A stretch of 64,000 nt of DNA, taken from assembly GCA_000934665.2 (NCBI GenBank), contig KZ538239.1, forward strand, positions 1 to 64,000. Direction: 5' to 3'. This DNA comes from Catajapyx aquilonaris. Lineage: Eukaryota. The notes beneath the pieces were generated by a model. The model made no database searches. It was not told the DNA's origin and saw only the letters and a program-made list of their open reading frames with translations. Shown here in pieces: positions 13,901 to 28,500 of the stretch (its first letter is position 1; every line of letters begins with the position of its first letter). Position numbers and translations under genes: made by a program.

Positions 13901-16900
13901 CTCAAAAATTTCAATCCCTCTCCACCCTCCAAGCAATAATTATCCTAACTGCACATTGTCTAAAATATCTCCCCCAAAAACCTCTGGTATTTTTTTTGAG
14001 GCCTACCACCGAGAGCCCTGCTGTCTCTCTTCATCCGGCAAAATTCGAGGAAAAGGTCATTCAACCTTGGTAGGGTGCATGCGTTGCCTCGTGATATTCG
14101 CACCGACCGACCCCGAGTGGTCAGGGAACTAAGAAGAAGAAGAAATCACAATCAAAGAGGCACCTTTTCACATCCAGAAGAACCAACAGTGTCCTGTAAT
14201 TGCGGTTAATTGGTGAGGGCCTTCCTAATCTTTTCCCTTTCCTTGTTGTATGGTGGGCAGTGCCCCACGAGTTGACAAGAGAATTTGAATGGAAAAATTC
14301 CCGTTACATTTAGAGGAGGGCGTCGGCCCTGTACGTCCGTACACACATTACGGTCCGAGGAGCAATATTGGGTTCTGGGCATCGCCTATCTTAACACTGC
14401 CCCCCCCCCCCCCTCAAATTGCATTCTTGAGGGTGGTGGTTACTGACCGCTCGGCCACGACCGACTGGAGGAACCAGGATGGACGGCCCTGGGCGAAGAG
14501 ACTTGTCCTCTCGAGACTACACCGGTCCACTATCATAAATCGGAGCGACCAAACTGCGCGCTTGCTTGGAAATTAGCACCTGGTAGTGGTAAAATACCGG
14601 TACAAAATAATTGGCAATGTATGTTTTTAATTGCTGCCAGGTGCGCTCCCAATTGTTGTTTTTTTCACTCATCTTCAAAGTAGCACTTGCTTTTGGGCAA
14701 GGTCTTCTCAGAATTAAATACGGAAAACTGTGTAGAAAAGCCCTAGCTTCGAAGAGCAGACGGAGAGAATAAGGGGATTAGTAGTACTGATTAAATCCAT
14801 TGAATTCAGCCAATTGGATGGAGTTATGCAATAATGCGTCAACCCACATGATAACAGCTTTGAGAAAAGGGGCTTTGAATGCCATACCTGTGAAGTTAAT
14901 TCAGTGTTCTTTTCGGTAATTTGTGGCAAAAGTATGCAGATTTCGCCATAACTTAATTAAGTACTATCCTTTGGGTGTATGTTCCTGGGCTTAACTAAAT
15001 TTTGACTCCTTATTGCCTAACACCGTCCAATTGACTCGCACCTAGCAGACAGCCAATCACGATGCGAGAATTTTGGCGGGAAGAGGTCTGATTGGTTGAG
15101 AGACAGGCGTTGTTGCCACATGGTGCAAAAAAGGCGTTGGATTAATGGCCAGTAATGCGGACGGGGAAGGGACACTGGGAATAATAAGGGTTGAGCATGG
15201 CATGGTAATAGACAGCCAGGGTGGTCCGCACTTCATCACTGTTCCTCTCGGTGGCATTGCCCACTTTAACAGACTACTCCTCTGCCTCCGGAGATGTCAC
15301 GTGACCCTTTTCCGGCATATGCGACTAACAGACACACGGACAAATCCATTTGGTGTGTCCCCCCTCCACTCCACCACATCTCCTCCTCAACCCAACAACA
15401 ACTTGCATTCCAACAGTGATTGTTCCACCGGGGTGTTCCTCCAAACACTTTTTAACAAAGGCCGCTTTACTGAGAGAAACTAACCTGTGATTAATTATCG
15501 GAGCTGTTATCAAAAAATGAGACTCGTGACTTTGGCATTGTGACTCCAAAGCTTCTCATAAAAGTCTGCGTAATTGGATACATGTATAGGGGGATATAGT
15601 CTCCGGATTTATTTTAATGCTGGTCCTGCCATTACAACATCGTCGTTTTTGACTGTTATGTATTAATAAAAAGGCGTGTCTTATCTTTGTGCTGTTCTTT
15701 TTCTTTTGCAGGGAGGCAATGCACTCGGAGTTCCCATGGTTGGTCATGTGTCTCACGCACCTCTGAACAAAAGACCACGGTAAGTTAATCAGTACGTATT
15801 ATCCACATGAAAAACGTTAACGTGTCCAAATTGAATCCTGCTGGATGAGATTAATGCCTCAAAAAGACTTCATTCGTTGTAGGATAAGTCCCTAGGTAAA
15901 TAGTACGAAGAAAGGGGAATTGTTTATCCCGCAGTATGTCGTCAGTTAGCTACATATTTGAGCTGGATATTGTACTCTTCTAACAAAGAGAGAATCCATT
16001 CCGAGAATCCAAGAGAGGAATCCAGGTTTTGGTGTCAATTTTTCCTCTAGGTATATCCGTCTTGAAAGGTCAAAAACATATTTTTTGACCAGTGTCCTGC
16101 TTGCATTTTTGAGAAATTTCTTGTGTTAACGCGAATTCCTCATGCTCTAATCGGTTGCACAGCATCTGTACAGTACAGAAACTTAACAAGATAAATCGCC
16201 GAGCCGCCATTTTTTTCCCCCCTTCAGCTGATGTTCCGGAAGAGCACTTTGAACCAGTTGCACAACAAGATCCTTGCCAATTATTTGGCCAATTTCGCGG
16301 AATCCCTTCATGTGGCTTTCGGTTTCGAAGGTTCGTGAGCGCGAAGAGCGTTTCCCGTTATCGAGGGAAAAATCAACCAATGATGCCAATTCATTCGGGG
16401 CAAAGTCCTGGCCTGCTGTTACTACCGCCACTGCTTGGCTTTGCTGGTTGGTTCCTTCTTTCTTCTTCTTCTTCTTCCCATCAAGACTACACTACCTTTT
16501 GTCCCAAGACCGGTCAGAGTAGTTAGGTTTTCCAACTGGCTCGGTTCCTCGCAATTGAGGGAATCAATTAGCCCGCGCGTACAACATTATACTGACGTGG
16601 ATATTCCACCAGACCGTTAGAAAGGAAAGTTACACGTGCGTCGTGGTTGGACAGAAAACTAAAGAGATGGGGAGGTGGAGAGAGAAAGAGAATGAAGAGA
16701 GAGAGAGAGAAAAAATTACCGGTGAAGAGAAGGGGGCAGTGGTCAAGACTTTTATTTCCCTTGACCACCAGCACCGACTCTTACTTCCACATGAAAACAG
16801 GACTGTCTGCTGCCAGTTTTCATCTGCGCAGTTGGACGCCCCAGTAACTAACAAATGTTTTCAAAAGGAACTGCGCTCTATATCAACACAAACAATGTAT

Positions 16901-19900
16901 TTTTTTTAAACAAAATAATGAATGGTCTGCCATTGTTGTCGCGACTTTTGCAGGGTGCTATAGTAAAAAAATAAGCCAAGTGCCCAAGTGAACAAGCCGA
17001 TTTGGGAAAATATTATAAAATCGCCATCAATGTAAATAAAGGGCGATGGAATAATTACACACCAACACTAGGGTGCTGTATTAATTATGCATAGTTCAAG
17101 GTGGCTTCGTACAATAATTAGATCAAGCCGCAGGGAAGAAATGTCAGGAGTCAACTTTTGTTCCATGAATCAAGATGCTATCATGCCTTGACTCCTCATT
17201 TTTCTCATTAGTAATGGAACAATGTGTAACCTACTATTTAAAGAAAGGCAAGTGGAACAATAGTCGGCTTGTTCTATTTCGCTAATATTTGCATAAGTTA
17301 ATTCTGGCTGCAATATAGTTTCGATAATAAAACAGGCTCGTTTGTCAGTGATCCTTGCCAAAAAAAATTTATGAGCCCTGATGGTTATACAAGCATGACG
17401 GATTTTTTATATATTTTGCATACTAAACTCCGCCAAGGTCAATCAATTGACACCCATTAAAATTGGGTCCCCCATTATTTTATACGACCGGGAGTAAAAA
17501 CTTTCTAAAATACGAGACAATTTCTTCTTTCTTATCCTTACTAACCGAGGCAGAAAGATTCGTAACTTTGCATTTGTTTTGGCGCGAATGAAAATTTTTG
17601 TCGAGGAAGTTTTCTAACTCGTTCACCCACCTCTTGCCGCCAATTTTTCTGTCACTTTTTTTTTTTTGGAGTTTTTCTGTGGTTCATGTGACTTTCACAG
17701 ACCCTGTTATATGAATACGCATGTGCACACACAGCAGGGCGGCGTGTTTGACAAACACAGAAGCGGCGGCAGTGATAACAAGGAAAAAGCGAACCGAAGA
17801 CAGGGTGGGCAAAGGGTTAATGTCTCGTCGAGAGGGTGTGAAAGTGGAAAGTGTAGAGGCAAAAAAAGAGGGATTGGCCAAATGAATGAGGAAGAAGGGT
17901 GCGGTTTAATAATATTAAAAAAAAATTTGATTGAACAGTACATCACAACATGATTGGGTGTGCAAATGTTAGCAAAACTATTGTAAAAACTACTATACAC
18001 TATAACGCAGCATGGAAAAGTGGTTAATGGATGTTGACAAAGTTTTATGTGGGAATCGTAATATGCATTATTTAACGGTGCAAAAAGCAGCCCTCGTAAA
18101 ACTGCATAAAAATGTTCCGAGCTCACAAAACGACATAATTTGTCAGGTTATAGATTTGAAATTGCGTGCTTCAGTCTCATGGAAGATTGCTTCTTGGTTT
18201 TAAGTACTTTGTTTCACATCAGCACCGAACAGGTGAAGCTCCAGGAGTCAATAGCATAGTAAAAGTGTAGAGGCCAAGGAGTTCATCATCAGTAAGAAAG
18301 AAAGAAAAAAAAAGTCAGGAAGACGAGGCAGGGAGCCGTCGACTTCCCCTCTTATTATTTGATGGGACTTTGCTTTCACTTCCCACGGCCCATTGATCTT
18401 CAATCATGACTAGTCAATAAGCATCATGGACTTCTCTCGCTACCTGGCAATTTCATATTATAAAAGTGGGATCCGTGACACCGAAGTGGGTCTTGCCCAA
18501 AAAATTCACAATCGGCGCCCGATGAAGTGACAAAAACCTTGCAAAAGTGGCAATGGCCAAGCACATCAAGCAGGTGGTGCAGAAGACGACCTTGAGGAAT
18601 GGGAAGAAAACTATTTTACCGGAAGACAACTCAAAGAAGGCCACGTGTTGAGGCGCAGATAATTGTCCGGTCCGCCCCATTGTTTAACAAGTTTCACATC
18701 CAATTTCTATGAAACGAGCGCAGACGAAACCTGACTGCCTTGCGTGAATCCTACATACTCAATAGTAGGCCTAACCACCTCTACACACGTGCAAGGTGCA
18801 AAACACTCAACCTACCAACGTCTAGCAACAACAATAGTGTGATCCAGTTCTACTTTTAGGAGGCTATCCGATGAAAGAACAGTGGAAATGACAAAGTGAC
18901 AGAAAAATTTGTGCAAAATGCTTTATGTGCTCTGCCTATAAGTCGTGGTACTGAAGATGACTCCAGCTGTATGTGCCTTTCATTTTTGAAAATATTAATG
19001 ATCTCCATTCAATATATTAGGCACTTCCCACTCTTATTAGATCGTGCTAATATTAGGTTTATTGTAGCCATGACTTGCAGGTTAATAATTATTAGACGGA
19101 GACTACTCCCAAAATCTGCATCCTGAATCCGCCCTTCATCATTTTTCCCCACCTACTCCAACCCACGCACATCAGGAAATAGCAATTGTCACCAATAAAC
19201 ATTGATCGTCCCTGTGCACAAAACAAAGACCTTCCGCCAATTTTTTCTCTCGATCTCCATTCATTGTTGTCCTCCAGACAGAAAGAAACAATCTGGGAGT
19301 CAAATCACGGGCCGTGTATTGGTGGTCTTTTACAACCCACCCCCAGCAATGGTTTACACCAGGTATATTGACACCGATCCTGCGGGAGAGCCTGGATAAT
19401 AAGGGACTCTCTGGAGAGGGGGAGAAAGGAGGGCATCACAGCTTCCTCAAGTGGAACAAAAACCCCCTCGTCCAAAGAGATAGGAGTTGGCACCCACTAT
19501 ATGTGGGGGGGGGGGGGGGATGGACCATCAGCAAAAGAGAGATGAAAAAAAGACAATATTCCTAGGGCAGCAGCAGCAAGCATATTATACTATAGGGGAA
19601 AAGTTGGCGGTTGGTATGTGGGACGAGATTGGAGGGCAGTGGGCCATTAGATTCCAACCAGAAGTTGATGGCTGCCTTCAGGAGGGGAACCTGTTCGCGC
19701 CAAAGGATTATTCGCCCACTGGGGGCTTTTGAAAGAAGAAGAAGAAGAAGAAGAAGAAAAAAAACATGCAGCCGCCTCTTCCACACACGGCCATGGAAAT
19801 AAATCTCTTTAACACACACCTCACCTTGGTAAAAATTCTGCTCCACTTTCCCCTAGGAATCGGATAGTTTTATATGGTCTTTTTGTCCACTGAACTTGGG

Positions 19901-22577
19901 CCAGTCCGTTTATGGCGCATTTTTCTAACTCGCCCAACCGATTAGTTTGTTCACTTTTTTTGTGAGTGTGTGTGTTGTGTGTTAGGATTACCATTGGATT
20001 TGTGCGAACCTTCGAATGTTGAGGGATCAAAAAAACAAGGTGGTTGGTTCGGTTCGTGACTTGAGAACACGCGTTTAAAATGCGGGAATCACTAGGTTCT
20101 TTGGCAGCCTTCGATGCAGTGACACAGCACGCAAATGGCCAAAATGGCAATAGTTCAAGCGAAAACTTGGTATTAGGTGCACTCAGGTGATGAGGGAGGA
20201 GACCTTGCAATAAGTACAGAGGAAATAAAAAAGTGAAAAACTGCAATTGAAGGATTTCGCACTTGCCAATAAATTGCTGCTTCCAACGCTTCAATCTTTG
20301 TTGAACTTGCACGTACAGCATCAACATAAATCCTGCAAAAATTGCAGCACAAATAAAATGAATAAGCAGCTTATATGCACTAAGCTGACATTTATTATGT
20401 ACGCAAATTATTACTTATAATAATAGGTTGATTGGACACCCAGGGTGGTCTGCCCCATATATATAAAGGGCTTAACCTTTTTTTAAAAGAAAAACACATC
20501 AGTTTTTTCGTCCTTGATATTTACACACAGTAAAACATAAGACGTCACGGTTGTGGGTTAGTTGGCATGACATGGACCTGAGAATTTTTCGAGTGGGTGG
20601 GACCAAAAGGGGGTGGGGGGGGGAGGGGGTGAATAGATCAATCAGTGCCAAACTGGTCACGCAACATTGTAAGGAGAAGAAGAGTACACGGAACAAGTTC
20701 TTTTGCCTTTTCTCATCGCATCTGGTGCAATTAGGTTAACTCCACATTACCACTAATATCTCAATCGCACATGGCTCTGTACAGTGCTGTACACGACAAT
20801 GCATGGAAAAAAGCACAGTTTGACGGAAGCAATTACTCATACGCGATAATGCAACTTTCAAGAAAAATATTAAAAACCGCTCGTCCTTATTCCGCATCAC
20901 ACGAATCATGCGTGTTCAATATATTTAAAAAATGGACATCATATGTCACGAAATAATTATTCCTAAGAGAAAACCTAAGTGTTAAAAAAACGGGAAGTGT
21001 TTTTTTATTATTTAAAAATCATATGAGCAGCGAAGTAGGATAATTGTGCTTTTTTACCAAGAAACGTGTAGTTTTGAATCGTGATGCCGGAAGTTGGGTT
21101 GAATATTCCTCGTTTGAAGATTCCATCCCTTTTGCCACGTGGGAACCCTTTGGGTGTGTAGTAATGTAGTAGCAGTGACCTTCGGAGAGCTTGAAACGTG
21201 CCGGTTTTATGACCGAACCTGATAGAAAATGCCTCGTAAATATTACGAGCCACGCATCTAGATAGTATAGGTTTAGCATGGCCGTGCAATATTAGAGAGG
21301 AAACGGGCCTCGTTTTGGTGAGAAATATGTTTTCTTCGCTTCTCACAAAGCCTGCGGTTGCATGGTTTCAAATAATATTGCTTCTTAGGAGTCTGCTCTG
21401 GAATATTAATATCTTAATTACACATGGTTCATGCTGTACTTATCCGTGGTGCCGACAGCAGAAGAATTTGAGACAAACCCAGTGATTTGTGTTTTAATGG
21501 GCCCAACTTGGTGCTCACAGACAGTGCGTTAATTAAATTATTCGCCGTAATTACAATCTACAGATATTAGCGCGGATTACACAATGCTTCATATTAATTA
21601 ACAGTATCCCACATTGTGTACTATCAGGTTGAATCTATCTGGGAGAAAAATTAGGTTGCATTGTTTCAGGATCCGTTTGACCAAAACTTCTTATGACAGA
21701 TTGATGGGTAGTTTTAACAACTAAAGGTTTAGTACCTATTACATTGTATTACGACGTTGTTGTGAGGTGACATAGTTTAATCACAATAAGTGCTGAAAAG
21801 GAAGGGACATAAAAATGAATACGGGACAAGCAAAAGTTAGGACAAGGAGATAAAATGCTTCTGCTTCTTGTACAGAGAACGTGCTTTCACTTTAAGGCAT
21901 AACATACAAACTTTCTGACTCATATTGTGCATTTACTTATGAATATTACTCTATAAAAGTACGTACAGTCAAGATACAGTTTTTTAAAAGTAACAGTTTC
22001 ACAGTTAAAAGCATGCAAGTGACGCTAAGTCCTACAAATAAATAATTCTTTTGTGATCGACAACTTGTACATTTTGTCGCGACATGTTCAGGTACGGTAC
22101 TTCACACTTGTCAGTCATTTGACCTTTCAACATGTATGTCACATTGCGTAACATTCCGTTGTTGTCTCAAGGTGAAGTTGGCTCAAAAATTATGCAACAT
22201 CCTGTCAACCCAACTTCCTTCCTAAAAAGGACCCTGTAATAATTACAAGCAGATTCAAAAGTTCGTGACTACTTTTTTTTTGTAACCATTTTTTTCCGCG
22301 AGTAATAGGTTCCATTGGTTATATATATTTTTTCCTTCCATTTCTGAACGGTTGATTAACACTCCGCAACTAACGACCCTGGTTGCAGCACACACTCAGC
22401 ACACATTAGGACCCCATTTCCCAACCCATTCTCTCGACCAAACCCTGCCTCACCAAGTCGTTCCATACCACTGGGAACCAAGATTTGGAAACGATTGTTT
22501 CTCTGATTTATTAATCTGTATCTATCTTTCTCTCTCTCTCTCTCTTACCCCACCCTTTTTTTTCAGATCTGGTCGCC

Positions 22578-25500
22578 ATGGGCAATTCTCACTCCCAATC
22601 TGCAGGAGTCAGACCTCCGCCACAACTCAACGGACACGTGTACCAGAGAGATGGACATTGGGAGAGAGGAAGAGGAAGAGGAATCAGGCTACCACCTAGG
22701 CCTCCCCAACAAGAAAAGGTAAATGTCCAATAAGTGGTAGGTTCGCTGCATAATTAAATGGTAATTAAACAGGAGCGTCTGTGGTGAATGGGACTTAACT
22801 GGGACGAAGTGATTGATGCTTCAAAAGGCGGTGAAAATTATTACAGGTGTATACATTGTATGATTTTTTGTTGTTGTTGGTGTCTCATCTTAAGTGCATT
22901 CCTCTAGAGGGGTGCACTTGCCAAAGAGGAATGTTTGTTAATTGTGATGACTCACGGTCTGAGGTTGATTTATAGGTGTTACCTTTTGCGGTTTCAAAAG
23001 GAGGGTTGCGCAATTTCTGGTTTAACTGACAGCTCAAATTTTGGGGGTGTCACTTATCCGTTGTTTCAAGGGTGATACAAAAGGTTATGTTGCGTGGCAT
23101 GCAGCTTTGTGATGAGGAACTACTGCTTTCTTTCCAGACCGAAACATGTGGCGTGCATATCCTTTTGTTCCTCTCTCCATATGGAAGAAACGCACCTTCC
23201 TTCCGCATTAAAATATGTAATCTTATGCACCAGTTTGCGTGCCAGCTCACACACGCATTATTCATGCCCTTGATTTAATATGTACCGTCATGAGCAAAAA
23301 TTCTGGCAGAAGGAAGTTATTTTCTTTGGTTGGTTTATGGGTATTTGGTGAACCGGAACTGCAGCACGTATTGTTTGCGTTCCAGGTACGAGTTCTTCCA
23401 GGGCCGCCTCCAGTGGGTCCGTCCGCACTTCGGCTGACCAACAACGGCAATATTCTTCAGAACGGAGGCACCATCTCTGGTCGTCATCGAGACGAGGTGG
23501 TGAGAGACGACGGAGACGCCGAGCTGCTCCGTCTGCTGAAGAGACGCAACAGGGCGGAAGACGAGGAAGAGACACGCAACAGAGGGTACGACAGCGAACC
23601 TGACTTCCGGAAGTACCATCATGAGGAGGAGGAAGAGGAAGAGACGACCACCACCACCAACACTCCTTCTCCAGGACCACCTTCCAGTCCAGACGAAGGA
23701 CCTCACACCATCATCAGCGAGAGTCCAGCCAAGCAGAGGATTCGGTCTAGGAAGAAGTACAAGGCACCACCACCGCCACCGTCACCTGAAGATGACGTAC
23801 CCAAATCCAGCAGGTATATCCAGCAAAAAAAAATGTTTCGAACAACTTTATGCATAACTTCTCAAAGATTGCGACCTCTGTGGCTATAAGCAAGGCTGAT
23901 GGATGTTTGTTTCAGATGCAGGCAGCCGGCTCCTGCTGCACCACCAGAGATGCTTCTGGTTCGAGAATCCTCATCATCGGAGGGCAAGGGCCCCATGGCC
24001 AAGGCCCCACCCAAAAGGATCCGGTTGTTCAAGACTAAGGCGGAGTCCCGCACTCGTCTTCACCACCACCCTCACCACCATCCCGATTCTTCTTCTGGAG
24101 GGCTCATCAGACAGAGGCCGACCTCGGTGCTGGAGGACCGCAGAGAGGACAAGGCCTACAAGGAGGTGCTGATGAGGGCCAACAGCGCCGATTGCCTGAG
24201 ACTGGCCATGGTTGCAGAAGAGGCGGCCAAGAAGGCGGAGGTCCGGAGGTCCAACTCCAGGCTGGATGCCTACAAGCACCAGCCTCCTCCGCCTCCTCCT
24301 CCGCCTCCGCCACCACCTGCAGAGGACATCAGCAAGGACGGCCGGATCAGCGGGGCATCTTCTCACGTGTCCAAGAGGTCGGACCGGTCCTCGGGGGGCA
24401 ACAAGGAGAAGATCACGTGCTTCCCGATGAAGGAGATGCCGACTCCTGTAGTCAATAACGGTGGTAGTGACAGTGCGGTGGTCAGGAACGGGAGTGCGGG
24501 GGTTGGTGGTGGCAGTAACCATGCGGAAGCACCATCAGCAAAGACCTTCTATTTCGGAATGGCACCAGGGGAGCTCAACAGTGACGAGGCGCACACCAAA
24601 ACTGACCCGGTAAGCACAGAAATATATGTCGGATGTTTGTCCGACCTGATAGTACAGATACCACCCGCACGACTTGAGAGTAGCAGGAGTGTGCAGGGGA
24701 AGGGTGCGCCATCTATGAGTGAAGATTAGTACTATGTGGTAAATCGGCCTCCAGCTCGGTACGGGTCGGACAAAATCCGATGGAGATAAATAGTACTTAG
24801 AAAGTGTTGACAAATTTTAGCAACGGCTTTACTACTAGTGTTTAACAATAAGTACCGGTACTCACACAATGAAAGATTCCATATACAATTTTAGCTTCAT
24901 GGGCATATTTTGTATAAATCAGTTGAAGTCATTCTCCATCCAAAGTGACAAACATTGAAAATAATGGAAAAGGCAACAAATCAGCCGTGTAATAATTACA
25001 GGCCTTGTCAATTGTTAAGTGTTACGGTAGTTTTTCACATGTTCGGTTCCTTTTTAGATTACGCATTGTCTTTTTCTGATGATTCAAATCAAAGTTCTTT
25101 CAACCTTGCCCAGTTTCCCTGGCCCATTTGAGGCAAACACATAGAGGTATAATCAGCTTTCAGTTCTTTGAATAAAAAGAACCATCGAAAGGCGTCAACA
25201 TGTTATTTTTCCAAACCATGCATAAGCCAAGTGACCCAATCTGACTCACTTGATTTGTTGTCAGTTCGTATTCGTGTCTCTAGCCTTCGCAAATGATGAC
25301 AAGGCGTGAACTGAAGGCCTTGTGAATGTTCTGTGCATAATTTGAACCCTTCAGTGTGAATGACTTTACTTTCACACGACAATATTTGTGGGTGGAGTTT
25401 GGTGTCTGCTTATAATAATTGCGGGCTCTTCCTTGAAATGAGTAGATATTCCCATGACAAATATTTGGTCTTATTTCAAGGACTAATGTCATTATAATGA

Positions 25501-28500
25501 TACTGCCAATTAATAATTATGACATGAGAAGTAGAGGAAAAAAGAATTGGTCTACAATTCCCATCAGGTTGAATTTCTAGGTGTTCTCATATCATTTCAG
25601 TCGGCTAGTTTCCAAGCGGATACTCTCAGGCACAACCTGCATCAAAATTGCAGTGAATAAATCTCACCATGCATATTCACCAGCTGAAATTTATAATGTA
25701 TCATCATCCTTGATCAGGTGAAGCTGAGTGACAGGAAGAAGGAAGAGCCAAGCAGGAGGAGGGACAAGGTTCCATCGCAGAAGAAGCTGGCCAAGGACGT
25801 CGAAGAATTTGCTGCCCGTCTCAAGCGTCGTAGGAACAAACTGGCTCAGGAGACCAGGGAGGAGGTGAATGGCATCTGTCACCTGAGGCAGGACTCCGGG
25901 AACTTCCATCTACCACAGGGCGACTCAGGAGCATCCAGCCCTTCAGAAGAGGAAGGAGAAGGAGACATCACGATGCAGATTCGTCCATCTCTCCCGAAGA
26001 GGCAGCCTGACATCCCTCGCTTCTCTCCAACTGCGGCATGGAGGTCCCTCACTTTGGGCCAAGGGGAAAAGAACGACTTCATTGTAAGTCGCTCATATCC
26101 TCTGCAAATTGTACATAATTATTAATGACTGCAAAAATAGAATGCATAAGCACATACCATAATCTTCTTGTCCCTCTCCGTAGGGTCACTTATCTGAGCC
26201 AAGCCAGAGCAGCGAGGAGGGTGATCCGCTTGAAGTGCATATCCACCGTTACACGCTTCCAACTGCACCTCCTCGGGGTGGCAATGAGAAATCTGGTGAC
26301 TCTGGGATATCCGGTGATGCTGGCAGCCCGGCTCCGCTGCATCCAGAACTGGACACCACCAAGCAGTCGGGTCTGTCGGTGCCTCCTCTTGCAGTGTCTT
26401 CACCTCTCCCGTCATCGCAGCGACTGAACACCTCTGCTTGGACCCCAGAGCAGGACCTGGAAGATGAGGATGAGGTGGAGGACATAAGGGTACACCACGA
26501 GGATAGCAGCACTGAGAGTGGGCCGAGAAGCCCTCCAAAATTCACTTCCAGGGCGCACATGTTTGGAAATCTAGGGAGGCCTCCAATTCCATGTCCTGAT
26601 TACCAGAGGGGAGGATCTCCCGCCATTTCCTCAAGCAAGTGGAACAGGAGGGCAGCCGAAGGAGCAGATGACACCCGGAGGCTACGGCGGTCAATGTCCA
26701 GTGCCTTCAGTGTGCTGGGAGCCAGGAGAAATTCAGACACAGAGAGGCCGCTGGATAGCAACTGGTATCTCAGCAGGAGTGTCCCAAGCTCGCTTAACAA
26801 TAAGGTAAAACTTGTTATCACAAAAATGTATGCCCGAGGTATTATAACCAGTGTTATCGTTTGCAGGGCTTTGAGAGTGAGGCTTGGCATCAAGGTGGTT
26901 TGACACCGACTCCAGTTGCAGACAAGTTTGATGAGAAGCTCTACGCCGCACCAGGTGTGTCTGGCTCTCCATCCGAACTGCACAAGCGACTGTCTCTGGC
27001 TTACTATGCACGAGGCCAACACATCATGTACCTCCCTTCCTACAACTGCAAGAACCGAACCAAAATACCTGAGGAAGGTCCTTCGTCGCTACCATTCCAC
27101 CCTGAAGATTCACCTTCACCAAGGCCCGTCAGTCCTTATCTGAGGAGCCAAAGTGCTCCTCTGTACCAACAGGCCGGAAGTAGGAAGAAGAGGGGAAAGA
27201 GATTCACATTCCAGAGCACCTTGAGGCAACTGGAACGGAAGAAGTTGGAGGAGAAGTTGTCCCAGGAGGCTGAACAGCATGAACGTCAACGTCTGAGGGA
27301 AGTTGAAGCGATGCGTCGTGTTGAGGAGGAGTTCCAGAAGAAGCGTGCTAAGGAAAAGGCAAACATACGCCAGCAACTTCGGCTGTTCACGATGGAAGAG
27401 CGAAGGTCCTGGGATGGCCCAAATGACAGCTTCAGTTCTGGAACAGATTCTGGTGGGTTTGTCCCAAAGGATGTGATCAACCACAAGGAAAACTTCAGCC
27501 ATAAGGAGAACGGCTACAACCAGAAGCGGATTCAGAGGCAGGAACCTGAAGGGGCGGCTGACCATCCAGCAGAAGGGCTGCGTCGAGAGGTTATGGCAGC
27601 AGCTAGGACTAGAAGTGGTGATTCGGACTCAACAACTCCGAAGAAGTCCATCTACAAGCATCTGAACGAGGTGGTTCTGATGGAGGAGCGTAGAAAAGAA
27701 GGGTCGCCAGCACCATCTGAGCAGCACTCCCGGGTGTCCAGTCGCAGTGGGGGGTCGGAGGCATCACCTCGGAGGCTGACTCAGGAACTGTCGGAATACA
27801 GGCAGGAGAGGAGAGAGTACAAGGACTACAGGAGGCCTCATCACTTGGAGTCTCCTAGGCGGGCAGCGGGAGAGGGTGACGGGGGCCGGCTGGAAAAGAA
27901 AGCAACAGTACATCCAGAAGCTGTGTTTAACATCCCGATGAAGACACACGTCGTGGTCTCTAGTACAAGTACGTTAAAATAAATTTGTCATTAATCGTCA
28001 TATGTCATAATTCCTTATTATTTCAGGACCTCCGTTCCCACCTGCCCTTGGTCCAGATGCTGCATGCATGCCATTAGTGACACCAGCTGACAACTACAGG
28101 CGAGATTTTGCCCACGGCTCCAAGCATCCCACCGACTCGGATGTAGCATCCAGTGACCTCGACTCCCCTAGACATTTCAATAGGTAATTGATGAAATTAT
28201 TACAGTATGCCTCTCCCACAAAGTTATAAGTACCAAATTTCATAAACCGATCATCCTTACTGGCAGGGGTCCAAATCCTGACTTTGTGGATACCCATTCA
28301 GAGCCGAGTGTCCACAATGGAATCAATGGACATGACCATCGTGCTCAAAAGGTTTGCTTACACTCTTATTATTACTATGAGTACTATTATTCAATGCTTT
28401 TTTTTTTCTCCCTCGACAGGATGATACGTCTCTTCCACGGCTTATCCTTCCGACGTTGCAGCCATTCACGCCAAACAAGACTTACAGAGCCATCAACTTC

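Noticed and set aside
120..22352. Numerous 60-190 aa ORFs in the six-frame track
   Set aside because: Many use non-ATG starts and are built from poly-T/poly-A runs. None has a recognisable motif or a consistent exon chain.
23288..27949. Minus-strand ORFs overlapping the scaffold gene, e.g. 23974-24522 and 27116-27565
   Set aside because: These are antisense shadows of GC-rich, low-complexity coding exons.
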